A stretch of DNA of 64,000 nucleotides, taken from positions 318,559 through 382,558 of the forward strand of contig ADNK01000875.1 of NCBI GenBank assembly GCA_000320545.1. The letters are read 5' to 3'. Within the stretch, counting starts at the first letter, position 1; the number at the start of each line of letters is the position of its first letter. Shown here piece after piece: positions 13,814-34,958 of the stretch. A program made the position numbers and the translations under genes. Below the pieces are notes generated by a model. That model had not been told where the DNA came from. It ran no database searches and saw nothing but the letters and a program-made list of their open reading frames with translations. Source of the DNA: Bigelowiella natans CCMP2755. Its lineage: Eukaryota; Protista; Cercozoa.

Positions 13814-14515
13814 CCATAAAGCAACGTATTTTTCGAATGAGTAACAGTGTGCACAGCAAGACGTCAATCAAAAATGGCCAGCCAGAAATCGAAAATGAAC
13901 ATGAGAGAACATCTTGAAATGAAGTGCATTTTCCTTCTCTCTTCTCTCGGCAACAATCTCAAAAACGGCGCTTTTAGAAGTGGAATTATTTTCCTTCGAT
14001 GTTTTGGGGGCAGAAAGTATTGAGATGAAATCGAATGAAGAAGGGAGCCGGGGCGCCACCTTCCGTAATCAACAGACAAGAGATAAAAACGTGTCTGTTG
14101 ATAGATATATCTCCTGTATAATTTATACTAAAACGGTAAATCCATAAACGGGTAATCCTAAACTACAGGAGGCACTACTCCATCCGTGGGTGTGGGTTCT
14201 TCGTGTAGCTCCAAGATTCCTCGATCGAGGCTTGAAGCGTACCCATCAATTTTCTTGGAGTTAGAAGAAAGGTTACTTTCCCTTTTCCGTTAAGTAGGAC
14301 GTCTTTGGCAACAGTTCGGTCGTGTTTCCCTGTAAAACATTTTGTTGCTTTATTACCCGATCCTCCGATTGGTACCGAGAGCACTGGCATTCTCGCCCGT
14401 TGGCATCATTGAAGAATGGCTGCAGCCATTTGGTTTGTTTACTTAGGTAAGCCACCAAAGAGAAAACTGGTAGTCCTTCTCCCTTCTCGAGTAGCACAGT
14501 TAATCACGAGGATTC

Positions 14516-15932
14516 ATGGCTGTTGTCTCGGCTAAACCCGTGGGAGTCTGGTGGATCATTCTGTCGGTATCATTGGCTGTGGAAGCTCGACAGGGATCTA
14601 ATAAACTTGCTTCGTCGGAGAAATTGAGGGCTCGGCTCCCATCACAGCGACATCGTCCAAATGTAAAAGGTAGCGGGGTTCTTGAATAGGCACCTACTCT
14701 TGCTGAGTGCCTTTCCACTTAACGTTCCATAGGCCATATGAGAAAAGATCTTTCTCTATCCGAAGTCAAGAAACGGAGCATACAGCGACCTAACTGTGAT
14801 TCTGGGTTCTATGAGAACAGAAGGCGGGCACTCTGCAAACCTACCTCAGCTGCATCATCCCGTCCGCTGTGTCTAGAAGGTAACGCAAGTCCGGAAACGC
14901 TATCCTCAGTAAAGAACTCAAGAGGAATATCGAGAGACATATCTCGGGTAGATATTTATTCGAAAGGAGTTTCTCGGGCGGCGCTCACAGACTATGAGCA
15001 CCTGAATCGCGTCATGGATCGAGGGTCTATGTCGCTATTCAATAATGATAAAGCATCAGTTCTTGCTCTTATGGTGGCTACAACGGCCACTTTGGGTGTT
15101 GTGCTGGCAGCAAATGCGGCACGAGAAGGTGGGGGGTTGGATATCCTAAACTTCAATCCAGTGTGTCCAGCTGCAGATGGACTTTTTCGGTGAGTAGCAT
15201 GATACCTAGATGTGTGTTGACTGAAATCAAATCTGGCAAAAAGGGGGGGGGGTGGGGCGTGGTTACGTACGGTGGATGGATATCTCGAGTCGGCACGAAA
15301 ATGATTATGTTCAAAGAAACTTATATATACATACAGCGTAGACACGAATATGCCATACAGAATTATTTATTTGTGAACATTTTACGTAATCGCGTGAGGA
15401 AGTCTGGGCCAAAGGGCAGCTGTTACGGTTGCAGGGGACCAGAACGTGGATGACTACAGGCCCTTGATCAATGACGGTTTGTCTTTCGTTAGCAACAACA
15501 AAATCTATATATCCCATGCATGATGAGTAAATTTTGGAAAAAAGTTCTGATCCGTGTCCGTACCGAGATCTGCGTCCTGGAGTCTTTCGCGAGAGAAACT
15601 GCACTGCCGTTCATACAGAAGAAGGGCCTTGGGTACACCATTCGTAACCACTATAGTAATTGTATCAACACGATCGATTTTGTCGAGTCTGTTCAATTTG
15701 CGATACCCGTACGTCAAGATTATTGATCGGTCGGCGAAATAAATCTTTGCATTTGATAATAAGCTGGATTCTCCCGGCCCGTGAATCATCGGAAACGTAC
15801 GTCGCAGGAGTGGTCTTTGTAGTGGGCGCGAACTTCATTCTTCTCGGTTCCACAAAGGTATTTACTCTCTCGCTGACGGGTTGATTACAGTGATTGTCTT
15901 CTATTAACCTCTTTATTTGTGTAGATTTATGT

Positions 15933-15969
<37 letters not shown>

Positions 15970-17045
15970 TCTATATGTGTGTGTATAAATATATACATAT
16001 ACATATATATTTATATATTTTTTTTATTTATATATTTATATCACAAATTTGAGAAGTCTTCTTTATTATTATTCTTTAGGTTTTAGCGATTTTGGCTATT
16101 TACCACGACATCCTCCTCGGATTACCGAGCCGGGCGATCGGTGGTACCTTGGACCTGATTGCCAAAGGGTAAGAGATTGAGTAGAATTGCCCCCCTCTCC
16201 CTCACCGTCCATCGGAAGGGAGGGGAGGGTTGATGTTCGGTACTAATAATCGCGGTGCTCCCTTTTTAAAGTGGAAATTCGGCTGAACGCGACGAGAAGC
16301 AGCTCAAGAAAATTATGGATGAGCAATTCAAGGAAGTGAAAAAGGTCTAGGCATGCATTCATCCATGTACTTACTCCTCGTTGGGGTTGAACCAGCTCTG
16401 TTTCTTTTGAAAGATAATGAAAAGTAATCCAAATGATTCTGCGGAGCAAGTCACTAAAGTGAACGCCAAGTAAGTGTCATTCATTCATTTGGGTTGCGGA
16501 CCACAAAAGGGAGGTGCTAGAATCACATTGGTGCGCCGCCGCCTTTATGACGCATTCTGTCAGGTTCGCGGATAAAATTGAGAAAATGAGGGCAGACCAA
16601 GCCCAGCGGCGCGAAAAGGTTAGCAGCCCATCATCGACATCATTTCAGAAGTTTGTTGTGGTTTTTTGTGGTTCTGCAAAATAAAACTTACCTACATCAG
16701 GCCAAAGAAAAGGGCCTCGGGCAAGCTCAGAAGGTCACACTTACATATCTTCAGATATACTAGAAGTCGCTCAATACATCTGGTTCATTGCTTTTCAGTG
16801 ATGATGATGGTAGTGGCCAGAAAACATAGGAACTTTGAGGGCCTATGGACAAGTTAGCCTTGGTGCAAAAAGAATTCTTGAGGCCTTTGACACGTTCTGT
16901 TCTCGGTAGAGCTTCGGATTTAATTGATGTGTCTCAATGCTGACATTCTTGTCTTTTGTGCGATTTCAGATACCTGGTTGCCACAACGGTTCTTTACACC
17001 TTGATCAAATCGGTACATTTCTGGATTCTGAAAGATTTTCCATAA
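14516..17045 (+). CDS. Multi-exon putative membrane protein with bipartite signal + transit peptide (probably plastid-targeted), function unknown
   Basis: MAVVSAKPVGVWWIILSVSLAVEA (signal-like) followed by an R/K/S-rich stretch, spliced in phase (14670-14733) to ORF 14738-15193. Later exons read DYRPLIND|VLIRVRTEICVLESFARETALPFIQKKGLG|WILPARESSETYVAGVVFVVGANFILLGSTK|VLAILAIYHDILLGLP and end ...YLVATTVLYTLIKSVHFWILKDFP*. Confidence 0.7.
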
Positions 17046-17665
17046 AGTTTCTCAAGGTGACAGAGCCAGTGAAGCTGGCAGTGTTTTCCAAGTCAGACCC
17101 TAAAATCAAAGCTTCTAATGGCAGCATCTTTCGATGGTATGCAAGTCCGTCCACAAAAGCGTATACAACATGATGAGCATTGTCGAGTCCTAGTCCGTTT
17201 TGAATTGCTTAGCTAGCAAGTTTGACAGAACAATGACTGATGCCGTTTGTAATCGTAATCCGCACGAACACCACAATGCAATATGCAACTGAGCAAATGA
17301 TGCGATGCGACGTGCGTCTAGACTTGGCTAGATAGCGGCCAAGCGTAAGTAATTAGGGAAAGTCAGCACCGGAAACAGGAAATGCATCGCATCGGCAATG
17401 TGGCCTATGAGACACCACAATATATGCGTGCGTGCTAGCGTGTCTTGACGTGCGTTTGCAACCGACAGTCCTGTGACTGATGATGCTACATGCTAGCATG
17501 GAATAGAGTGAATAACGCCATCGCGCTAGCTGGCTAGCTTGCTTGCTTGCATTCCCACATCGGGTGCATGCTTTTCGCGCTGAGTCATCTCAATATAACC
17601 AGCACTGGCCATGGACAATACAAGCTATATGCGTATATGCGCATGATGACAAGCACGTACAGCAT

Positions 17666-17750
17666 GCGCTGTAGCCTCTGCTTTGCGCAGCTACATTAGG
17701 ATCGAATGACCATTGAACACATTTAATTACTTCATTACATCCGTCTCACA
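17666..17750 (-). repeat. Dispersed 3'-flank element, copy B
   Basis: gcgctgtagcctctgctttgcgcagctacattagga..tgaccattgaa..tttaatt..cttcattacatccgtctcaca aligns with 7918-7996. Confidence 0.85.
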
Positions 17751-18010
17751 GCATGCACAACAACATGAAGCCACGCAATTTTCAATCAGATCAATAGCTA
17801 AGCTTTCGATCAGATGGGAAAAGCGTTGCAATTGAGTGCCCTTTCTCATTTGCAAGCGAGGCATTTTGAAAAACATCTTTCGGCAAGCGTTTTGATAGGA
17901 ATTGAAACAAAGCATTTGAAAATCATTTGTGTTCACTTAAAATATTTGATTTTTGTTGCTGTCAAAGATCATTACTCGCTCATTTTTTGCTAAAGTCACA
18001 TGATCTCAGC

Positions 18011-19081
18011 TTACGGGGTGTTATCACCATCCATAAATCTTGACATGAAGCGTGAGACTTTCTTTTTCGGCCCTTTACTTTTCGCTTGTTTGGTGCTCGT
18101 GCTTCCTGGAAATTAAACCGTTTTGCTTTCAACAGGTAAAAGGGAAAAACAAAAAGAAAAAGAAAACCTAGATTTCTATCAAATTATATCGCTCAGGTAC
18201 ATTCTTTCGTTTAGAGAATTATCCTTTTAAATTTTCGACAGAATCATCATCATACCTCCTTCGGCCACGATTCCACGTGTACCTTTGATAAATGGTTTCT
18301 CACGCTCACCGGCGGTAGCTACAGATCCCTGGAATCTCTCCACTATTTCACCGGTAAACGCATGCGTTGTCTTCCTGGCCAATTTTGCACTCCCCTCCAC
18401 CGATTTAGCTTGAAGTTGCTTTTTCTTCCCGGTTGAAGGTTGTTGCCTTGCTGTTATCTTCTTCTCGATAATGCCGTAAGATCTCCTGCATTCCTCCACA
18501 AATTGAGCCCGGGCTTCAGGCGAGTCTATAGGCTCTGCAGGAAGCTGTTTTATTTCTGATCTGTCAGCCTCATTTGCCTTGCTGACGACAGGCTTAGCGT
18601 GGGTAGCCCCCCCCCGCTCCTCCGCCCTCCTAGGCAGCACCGCTATCTCCGCTGGCGTCTGCAGAATTCTAATAGCTTTTAGAGTGTCGTTCTCATCGAG
18701 ACCGATCCCTGGACTAGTTTTCACGCAGTATTTCTTTATATGCTTTTTGTACCTTCCATAGAAGGGGGAAGGGGGAGAGGGGGGGTTGAAGTTGTACACT
18801 GAGCGCTCAGGCGTGGTTTACGGTTGGGAGTAGGGAAAGAGGACCTGAAATGCCTCGAGACGTCTATGTCGTCAATCACGACGTAGCTTCGTACTTCGTC
18901 CTTTTATGTACACATGATGAGTGCACGGTAAGATAGAGTTATTGATTCCAAGTCCTCTGCTGAGGTAGAGAGTACTCACTCACCCTATGATTTATGAGCC
19001 ATTCGTATATTTGCTCTTGTCTGAATGGGCTTTCGTCGCTGGTGACGTCACGGAAACCCTCATGAATCCCGATCTAAAAGA

Positions 19082-19116
<35 letters not shown>

Positions 19117-19467
19117 ATGAAGAGGAGAAGGGGAGGAGGAGGAAGAGATAACGTGACGAAGTTCTACCAAGCCGCCCACCGCAGGAGAGGGGAAGATAGC
19201 ATCTATGTGGAAAGTGTGCTGAAATCTTGTTGGGTTTGCAGCTAACTCACCTTGTTCAGTTCTTCGGTTACCCTGCTTCGGTGTGCAAATGTGCGCTTCC
19301 AATTTGATGAAAGCACTATCTCGCCTGAGAAAGAACGAAAAACACCAATTATTGGACCATATTCACCTACTTCTGCGACCACACTATTGCGATTACAAGG
19401 GGCGCACTCGGTCACGATGCGAGCTAAGAGCGTGAGGGCCTGAGGAGAGCAACACCCACAAGTACGC

Positions 19468-19546
<79 letters not shown>

Positions 19547-19800
19547 CAAAAAAGGATAATGTAAAGGAGAGGAGGAGACAGCCAAGGGGATATGAAGAAG
19601 AAGACAAAGAAGAAAAAGAAGCCGGAGGACGAGAAGGAAGATCGATGACCTTCTCTGAGAAGCGGGGCCCTTTGGAGGTGTTTGCACGGTAGATGTTGCT
19701 GGTGCTGATGGGTACCTGAAAGACGAGCATATATTATGAACCATGAAATAACATCCTGCGCATCGTCATGTCACTACATATTCTTTTACCAATAAATAAT

Positions 19801-19840
<40 letters not shown>

Positions 19841-20398
19841 ATGCGTCTTGTGTGTATGCTTGATGAACGTATCCAGTGTCGGAGGAGCGTGTCTCAACAG
19901 ATAATATCATCATGCCAAGGATGATGAGAATGTGTCTCAACAGATAATATCATCATGCCAAGGATGATGAGAATAGAACTGTTCCATAAAAGTCTTCACA
20001 ACTCATAAGAATATGTTATGCACACAGTAGCAAACACTGCAATCATAGAGTAGTAGTGGTAGTAGTAGCAGTACCAAAACCCCGTCCACGTCAAGGAAGA
20101 TAATATTCACTCGCTTCTTTCTCATTGAACCATTATTTCGCCTCTCACTTTTCGGCAGCTGCGCGCTGCTGGCATCCTATATGCACATACAAAATTCCAA
20201 AGCGTATAAGTTGTACCCTGTTACGTGGGATGATGATGACAAGGCAAATGGTGGTGAAGATGATGAGGATGATGATTCCATAGGACTCAACGCCCAAACG
20301 CCTAGTGCTGCTGTGTGTTTCATCGTGGTTAGCAGCTCATAATTCGATGAGGGATACAGTATATATTCTATCCTTCCCTTTCATCTTCCGTATATGTG

Positions 20399-20432
<34 letters not shown>

Positions 20433-21327
20433 TTTATTTATATACACACATATATATAATATGAATTGCCTCCTCAAGGATGTGGTTGTACTACCCCATT
20501 GCCCCCCATTGTCGTCATCAAATTGTAAATGTCTGCGGGAGAGCTTATTTTCTTTGATCCTCCTCCCCTCTCCTTGTTGCTGTGCTTCTCTTCCGTCTCT
20601 TCCGTATCATCCTTGGTCTCTTCATCATCAATTTCTCCAAGGGCATCCCAAAATTCACCAAATTCCCTATCTTCTTCGCTTTGCAAAGTACCATCGCCTT
20701 TCTCGTCCTCTCCTGAATCGAGACCTGTCTGCTGTTTCTTCGTATGCTTTTTTTCTTTCTCATCCTCCTCATCCTCCTCATATGGTTCTCTGATTTCCAT
20801 GATTCCTAGGTCGTCGTTATTCAGACTATTAATGGAATCAGAGCCAACATGCAAAGGCAAGCACACATCGGCAAGACAAGCAAGCTCGTGTGAGTAAATA
20901 CCGCCGCCAACATCGAAAACTCCCATCTGCCCTTTATCGCCATCATCACCTTTCCAAGTGGATAAATTAGGAGATTCCTTGTAGCACATTAAAAGAACAT
21001 CGTCTTGCAACAAACGCATTCAATTTTTTTTTAAATTAGCAAACAAAAACGTAAATACAATTCTTTCTTGTATTAGAAGATCATCGGTACATCATCATTT
21101 ATTTGCATTGGAACATGAAGAGTCACTGCAATTTGTGCTTTTACTACATTTTTTTGCTGCGAACAGTTGCTCCGTGACTTCCTTCTGCTCGTTTATAGAG
21201 GTTCTCCGCTTAATCATCCTAATTATTGCAATCAATAATACGTTTGCCGTAGTCGCTCGTTTTGTGATATGAATACATGTTCAGTCAGTCTTAGATGTAG
21301 ATGAACATGTAACATACGTGTGTGTGT

Positions 21328-21365
<38 letters not shown>

Positions 21366-22160
21366 TTGACGAACACGGGAAGAAGTTGTGATGCTATATT
21401 TAGGGATGATTGATGATAGTAAACTACCCTTCGAGTTTCTCCTTATTCCATTCGATTCTGCGCGAAATAATCCCGCATGCCTTCCCAAATAACGGTGGAT
21501 TAATCTCAAAATTGTGACATCCATCCGGAGAATATCGTCGAGCTAGCCAGCAAAACGTATATATACATACGATATTTGAATAATTACTTGTTTGGCACTT
21601 CGTTCCACATAGTAGTTCGCACCGAGGAGAGCCATAATTTCGTTTGTGTGCTGAAAGTTTTTGGCAAGGTCAATTTTAGAACAATATCTGGATATAGCTC
21701 GTGGTAAGTGTTGTATTGAAGAGGAGGATGATTGGACCTGGAGATGGCCATTAAAAAATGCTTTCTTACCGAAAGGAACCATCACCTAAGAAAAATGGAT
21801 GTAAGGGATTCGATTGCATTTCGTCTGAATCAGCAAGCGCTTAAAAAGATCCTCCAGCGCTTCTTAATTTTGCTCTACCGGATATCGAACTTGGTCCGGC
21901 AGGTTCTTTATGGTATCATGAAGCCCTTTCAATTCCAATTCATACTCTTCAAGTGCATTGATAGACGCACTCACCTTCTCCAGCTCGTAGTTCAGCCTTA
22001 CAAGAAACATTGATTGGTATGCTCATCGAGGAAAGAATAAGTAATTAGGCATTATAACTTACAGAGTCCGAGTTCGATCTGCCGCATCCGCCTTATTCTT
22101 CTCGTTGATATCCCCTGTGCCAGTCGAAGAAGACGGGTTGGGGCGGGCAGCAGACGCCAT
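18011..22160 (-). CDS. URI1: Unconventional prefoldin RPB5 interactor (URI1/Bud27-like), multi-exon
   Basis: Prefoldin-alpha core VMVPFGKKAFFNGHLQ|HTNEIMALLGANYYVERSAKQ|ACGIISRRIE (21440-21790); acidic region (20474-21019); HAFTGEIVER (~18335-18365); C-terminal KKKVSRFMSRF..* typical of the URI box. Confidence 0.8.
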
Positions 22161-22394
22161 CGCCTGTTGGGGACAGTGCACTCGTACGAACTGCCTTCTA
22201 ATATTGATTCGTATAGAGTTGTTGGTTTGGTTGTTGTTAGGTTGACCAAAAATCACCGAGAATTGATCATGAGAACCACGAGGACGAAGACAGCAAGAAT
22301 AAACAACAGCAACAGCGTTCTCCAAATCCGATCACCGCCGGTAACACATGCCGTCAAAGTTTAGTTTCGATAGTCTTTCTCCATGCTCCTGACA

Positions 22395-22512
22395 ACAGCG
22401 AAGAACAGCAAGAAGAACAGCAAGAAGAATAACAAGAAGAACAGCAAGAAGAATAACAAGAAGAACAGCAAGAAGAATAAGCAGAAGAACAGCAAGAAGA
22501 ACAGCGAAGAAT
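22395..22512. repeat. 12-bp minisatellite (CAGCAAGAAGAA/TAACAAGAAGAA), about 10 copies, in a divergent intergenic region
   Basis: Directly visible; it generates the SKKN and SSCC ORFs in the track. Confidence 0.9.
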
Positions 22513-22778
22513 TCGTGAGAAACCCTGAAACCCCGAGAAACGAGAAGACAGAAGAGGAAGCGCTGCCATCAATTCGCCATCATTCTGGAAAGTTACGATG
22601 ATGATGGAGTAGCAGCTATCACCAACGAAGAAGGATCACCTCTCTCTCGTCCTTCCTTCCACATAGATCTACGCAGTCTTGTGTCTTAAAAATCCGGTTT
22701 TAGTGGATACTCGAAACACGCAAGTACCTTGGTACAAGGAGCAAGCGGTTTGGTGTTTCAAGTCCAGCTTTTATCATC

Positions 22779-24388
22779 ATGAGGCGCCGCTCTTCGCGAA
22801 TTGAAGATCGAAGAAGGAAGTTGATGGAAAGCAAAAATATAAACAGGCAGTTACGACGCTCAAGGCGTCGCCGAGCTGAGGTTTCTCCCACGTTGTCCAC
22901 ATGCAGGTCTCTCCTGGTAGCGAGGAAAGCCAAACGACAGAAACTTGAGCCCAAATCTTCATCTTCAGAATTGAAAAAAATGGCTGCTGTTTCAAAACAT
23001 AGCCCTGGAAAAAAAAATCAGCCTAAACAGCACCGTGATACTACGATGGACATAGGAGCCATGAGTGTGAACTCTATCATTGGCTACCTGGATAACACTA
23101 ACTTTGGGAAGGAGTGTGCCTACAAAGAAATGGCTCTACAACTCAAAAAATTATCTGACCGTTTCAATCAAAAAAGAACACGGTTCCATTTTCTCACCGC
23201 ATTGCGAAATACGTCTTGTTTTGAGCCATGCCTTGAGTATCTTTCGGGACGTGATCTAGTCAACCTAACCAGTTGTTCGAGGGACTACAATAGAATTGTT
23301 CGCCATTTTGCAAAGAGAAAGATCAAGAAGGTAATTACCTTGTCTTGCTCTCATGTGAGCTCTAAATAATACCTGGTGGATATTCTGTTCATAATTTCCT
23401 CAGATTATAGGCGAACCGAGAGGTAGAACATTCAGGGTCGTCCATTATGTCAAAGGAAAGGACGTCGATGTCCGAAAAGAGGTAGGTCATTCATTTCGGG
23501 TTTCTTACGGGAACAACAGAACTTGTGATCAATCTAAACTGCTGGAATATAACAGAAAAGGAGCGCGGAGGAAGCCCTGAGGAATTCATATAAGAAAATG
23601 AAGATGCAAGCCATTCAAAGAAAATTGAGGCAACGTGGGATCAAACGGCGAAGAGGGAAAAAAATTGATCTTATCGAGTAAAACTCCCGCTTCCTTCGAC
23701 TTCGTAAATGTAATAAATATCTGAATTATTCTCAGGAAACTCATATACCATGACAGCAAGGAAGCCATGGGCAACGAGATACCCACTCTGCAATATCTAT
23801 GGGAACGCGAAAGCTTTCTTCCTTTCTACGTAATAATATATGAACGAGGAGCATAAGCTTTTTGTTTGTTAATACAGTATTAACTTTGTATTAGGTTGAC
23901 CAGTGGCTGGATGCGAAAGACACCACTAATAAATGGCTGGAAGCACAGATCAAGGAAGTGCAAGGGACCAGTGTTGCAATCCATTACAAAGGATGGAAGA
24001 AAAAGTAACTGCCACTGCTTTTTTTAATATTTACAACGTCACCCATCACGTCGCCCATCCATCCAGCCTTATATATCATATAATATAGGTACGATGAATG
24101 GCTAGACCTTAGCAAAGGCTCCTCAGATTGGAATAGGTAGTAGAATATTGTATGTGTTTCTGTCCTCCGAATGAAGCATTCAATGGTATGGCTTAGGGTT
24201 GCTCGACCTCTGTCACGATTCCATGAACACCCGGATGTTATTCCGCATCACGCCAAGTTTCGCAAATGGGTAATGAAGAAGGAAGCAATATTTAAAATCC
24301 CTCTTAGCATACCGGCGCATTGTGCTCTTACGATAAAATATCTACCTCGCATAGAGTGCATCGATGTAGACAGATGTACAATAATAAA

Positions 24389-24423
<35 letters not shown>

Positions 24424-24885
24424 TCATCATCATCAATCAGCTTACGACCGGATTCCTCTACAATTTCTCAAAAGTGGTTATAATGGCGCACGACACCACC
24501 GAAAAGTGGGTTGAGGCATCAATCATTGGGTACAGGAATTGTGGATCAAATTGTGCACAGGTAAGATAACAGTGTTCAATATCCTGGTATGCGACAAAAC
24601 TCCTTGTAGTTATGTTATTATGATAATAATTGCTAGGTTCGGGTGACCTATCATGGGTGGGATTCGAAGTATAATGAATGGATCGACGTAGATTCATATA
24701 GACTTGCGCCAAGGCTCAACTTTCCACCTCCCGAATTCCCAGCAAGCTCCAGATTCAACTTCCCGCCTCCCCAGCGTGTGCAAGCTGATCATCCTGGGGC
24801 GGCGGACATTGGAATGAGGAGGCACGTGGATCCTAGTGCTCCAGTGTGGCACATTCCCACAAGAACTGCGCCAGGCTTTGAGTAG
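22779..24885 (+). CDS. F-box-like plus two Tudor-knot/chromo-barrel domain protein, multi-exon
   Basis: Basic N-terminus; F-box-like CLEYLSGRDLVNLTSCSRDYNRIV; barrel 1 VDQWLDAKDTTNKWLEAQIKEVQGTSVAIHYKGWKK|YDEWLD; barrel 2 AHDTTEKWVEASIIGYR..|VRVTYHGWDSKYNEWIDVDSYRLAP. The start could instead be at 22980. Confidence 0.75.
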
Positions 24886-25813
24886 CTGGAGAAGCGCCGT
24901 GCATATGTAAAGTGGACGCACGATCTATGAACACATACTCGAAGCATTACATGCGCAAGATCTGTTAGTTTCGCAAATATAGAACCACTGCTAGAAGCAG
25001 TACCACTGCTAAAAGCTTCAATGGATGTACAATGTCTAATTAGATGTATATAATCATTGCGTTGCATGAATTATCATTAACAGACTAAGCGCAGTGTGAT
25101 CGCATGAGAATATTGTCATTATGGATCATTTACGTACGTAATATTTGTACGTTTATCATTCCGATGGTTGTACTGCTTACGTAATCTCTAGATCTGTACA
25201 CAAGCTAAGCATGCTAGATTAGCCACGAACCTGTTCACCGGCGGCTTATGTGTACAGCGTATACTTTGTTTGCGTGCAAGCAGGTCACTTCTGTTCTCAC
25301 TTCAACACATGATATGCGCCAGTGCGCGCGCAGCATGCATACATTGCTAGATTGACTTATCAGTTGTGCGCAGCACATCTTACTAGCTTTGCTAGTTATT
25401 AGTACCCCGGTAGATATATTCGCTTGCATCCCTAGATTTTATAGTGCATGCTATGTACAAGCATGCTAGCATGCACATCTACACAAAAATAGCCGAGCTA
25501 TGTCTCATCCACGCTAGCCATGTCGTGTGAGGCAATATAGCTGCATTTCGCATTGTGTACTCTGCTCATCGATCATTGCACAGTTCTAACGTAACGACAA
25601 CTACACCTGACTCCTGCAGTTGTGTAATGGCGCTAAACGCATCACACATACCGTTAGTAATCCATATGTATACCCTCTAAATTCGCAGCCAATGTATAGT
25701 CTAGGATTCTTGCACAGCTGTCCTTCGTGTAAAGTTGTCGGGCCAGTCTAGTATCACCAGCTTCTGCTCGCCTTGCTTTATGTTGTTTCTGCTTCATGAG
25801 ACAACTGAAGGTA

Positions 25814-32729
<6,916 letters not shown>

Positions 32730-33539
32730 CCTAAATGAACAGAAAATCAGGTACACATTCGGGAAAACATCGATCGTGCGTCGTCGCAAGGAAAACATAT
32801 TTGCTGAAGACCAGCCCCCTCTATGGCTATCTTCTTCATGCTGAGGCTGACCTATCGTACGCGGACGTATGATCACACCTGAATTTACATTATGAATATC
32901 GAGGGGGGAGGGGGGCATGCATGGCTCGGGAGGTGGACCTGTTCCAACGGGGTGGTGGGGTCCTGCTTTCGGTCGGTTGCAGGAAGGCCTTTGTGTTGGG
33001 CCGATTTTTCGAAGTAGAAATACGTTGTCGTAGGGAGAAAATCGCATCCTTTTTCTTTGCTCGCGAGCCTCCGCCGATGATGTCGATCTCAGTGCGAGGC
33101 CTTCTCGTGAGCGCGCTCCCGGTAAGTTTATTTAGGATATCTTCGTGTAAAACAATTTCAGATCTCACCTGGGAGAAGATGGGTACCATCCAAGTGACCG
33201 TCTTCGAGCGACGAAAAGCATAGGAGTGTTTTAGATATTTTTGGTATATATTGTTTCCCAAAATCCACTTTGGAACTCTGGAATTCGAACGTCATCTCAA
33301 TCAGCACACACCCACCACCCGTGGCTGCGACTCCTGTGAGAGGGGAAGAAGCGGTAGTGCCCTCCAAAAAGCTTTCCTCTGCAGACTGATCCGCCTCTCC
33401 GGCTGAATTCTTCGCGCGGACATCCAACATATACAGCATTGCGTGATGCCAGAGAGGCAAACTGCACAGGTCGACGATCTTTTTCCATGAACCAATTCAT
33501 CATCATCCATGACCCTTTTTATATCGATCACATACACAG

Positions 33540-34178
33540 GGCAACCCACCGCCAGAAGACCTCCCCTTTCATCCAAATGCTACAATCCACGATGTCCTCA
33601 AGGTGATAAATCGGCTATGAATTGTTCCTTGTCCGAAATTCGAAGCTGCTGAGTATGAATTTGTGGTCTGAAGACGTTGTATGTAATCGATTCCTCTCAC
33701 ACCTCCTGCGACCACACAGCAAATACAAGTATGCGTGGAAGAGGATCATGAAATTGAAAAGGAGCTTGAGGGCCTTCTGGGTAAGGAGTAACGTCACAAA
33801 GGAGATAGAATCGTAGAACTGACGGCCACGCACAACTACAAACACGCATCGCTCTCTCATGTGCACACATCCCCGTCCGTGCCGTCCTTTTGCTCATTTC
33901 CCACCGCCCCCCGTCCGCTCTCCCCCCTCCCCCCTTCCCCCGTACAGCCGAACGCGAAACACTCGAGTCTCAGATTGACCGTATCATGTACCCCGCCGAA
34001 GCTCACTCCCTTAAACAAAACATGGGTTCTCTCACAAACAAAATCAGAGACACGGCGGTTACTGCATACAGGTTAACTACTATTACTACTCCTCATCATC
34101 ACAAACGACCCTACTCTGATAGTGCTGCTGGCTTTGTACTTTGACTGTTCCCCCGCTCCGCCTTTTCCTTTGCTGTCA

Positions 34179-34214
<36 letters not shown>

Positions 34215-34787
34215 CCTTTCGTCCAAAGTCCGCCGGTTAGACGTTGCTCAAGCCCGCCTCGAAGAAGCTATTCACAGAGTGGACACGATTGTCAATCTCA
34301 AAACTACTATAGACAAGTACTAGTAGTAGCAGCAGTTATGGCACGACGCACCCCCCCCCCTCATGGGATAAGCTATGTGGAAGACAGTAGGGTGGTAATA
34401 GCTCCTCATTCATTTTCCACTTCTCCTCAGGGTCAATGCAATGATAGAGAAGAGACAGTACGACCAAGCGGCGAAGTAATAGAACTACTGAAGAAGATGA
34501 CGGGGAAGAAGAAGAAACAGAGATAGAAGAGGGATACGGAGAGGAGGGAGGGAAGATGGGGATATTGATTCGTCTTCCCTTTGAATGCCCTGCACGTTGT
34601 TGTATTTTATTTTTTTGTTTTCATTATATTCCTCCCTCTATTGACCACCATCCCCTTGTTCAACAATCACGTAATGATAATGATAGTGATGATAATGATG
34701 ATAATGATGATGATAATCTTCACCAGGCTCACACATGGAGTGCTACATTCCCGCGATTCGAAGGCTCTTCCTAACGACTCGTACGCT

Positions 34788-34835
<48 letters not shown>

Positions 34836-34923
34836 CCCTTCTCCACAGCTTTGTAGTAAATCAGAAAAATCATCGTCGTTGTTTTCTGAACAAGTAGCCA
34901 CAACTTCATTGCGTGTCTTCCAG

Positions 34924-34958
<35 letters not shown>

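Noticed and set aside
22354-22601. SKKN-repeat and Cys-rich metallothionein-like ORFs
   Set aside because: Products of a 12-bp minisatellite; no independent evidence of coding.
32890-33576. Extra gene between ettA and COG4
   Set aside because: Overlapping ORFs with no recognisable motifs; more likely promoter, UTR or 5' exons of COG4.
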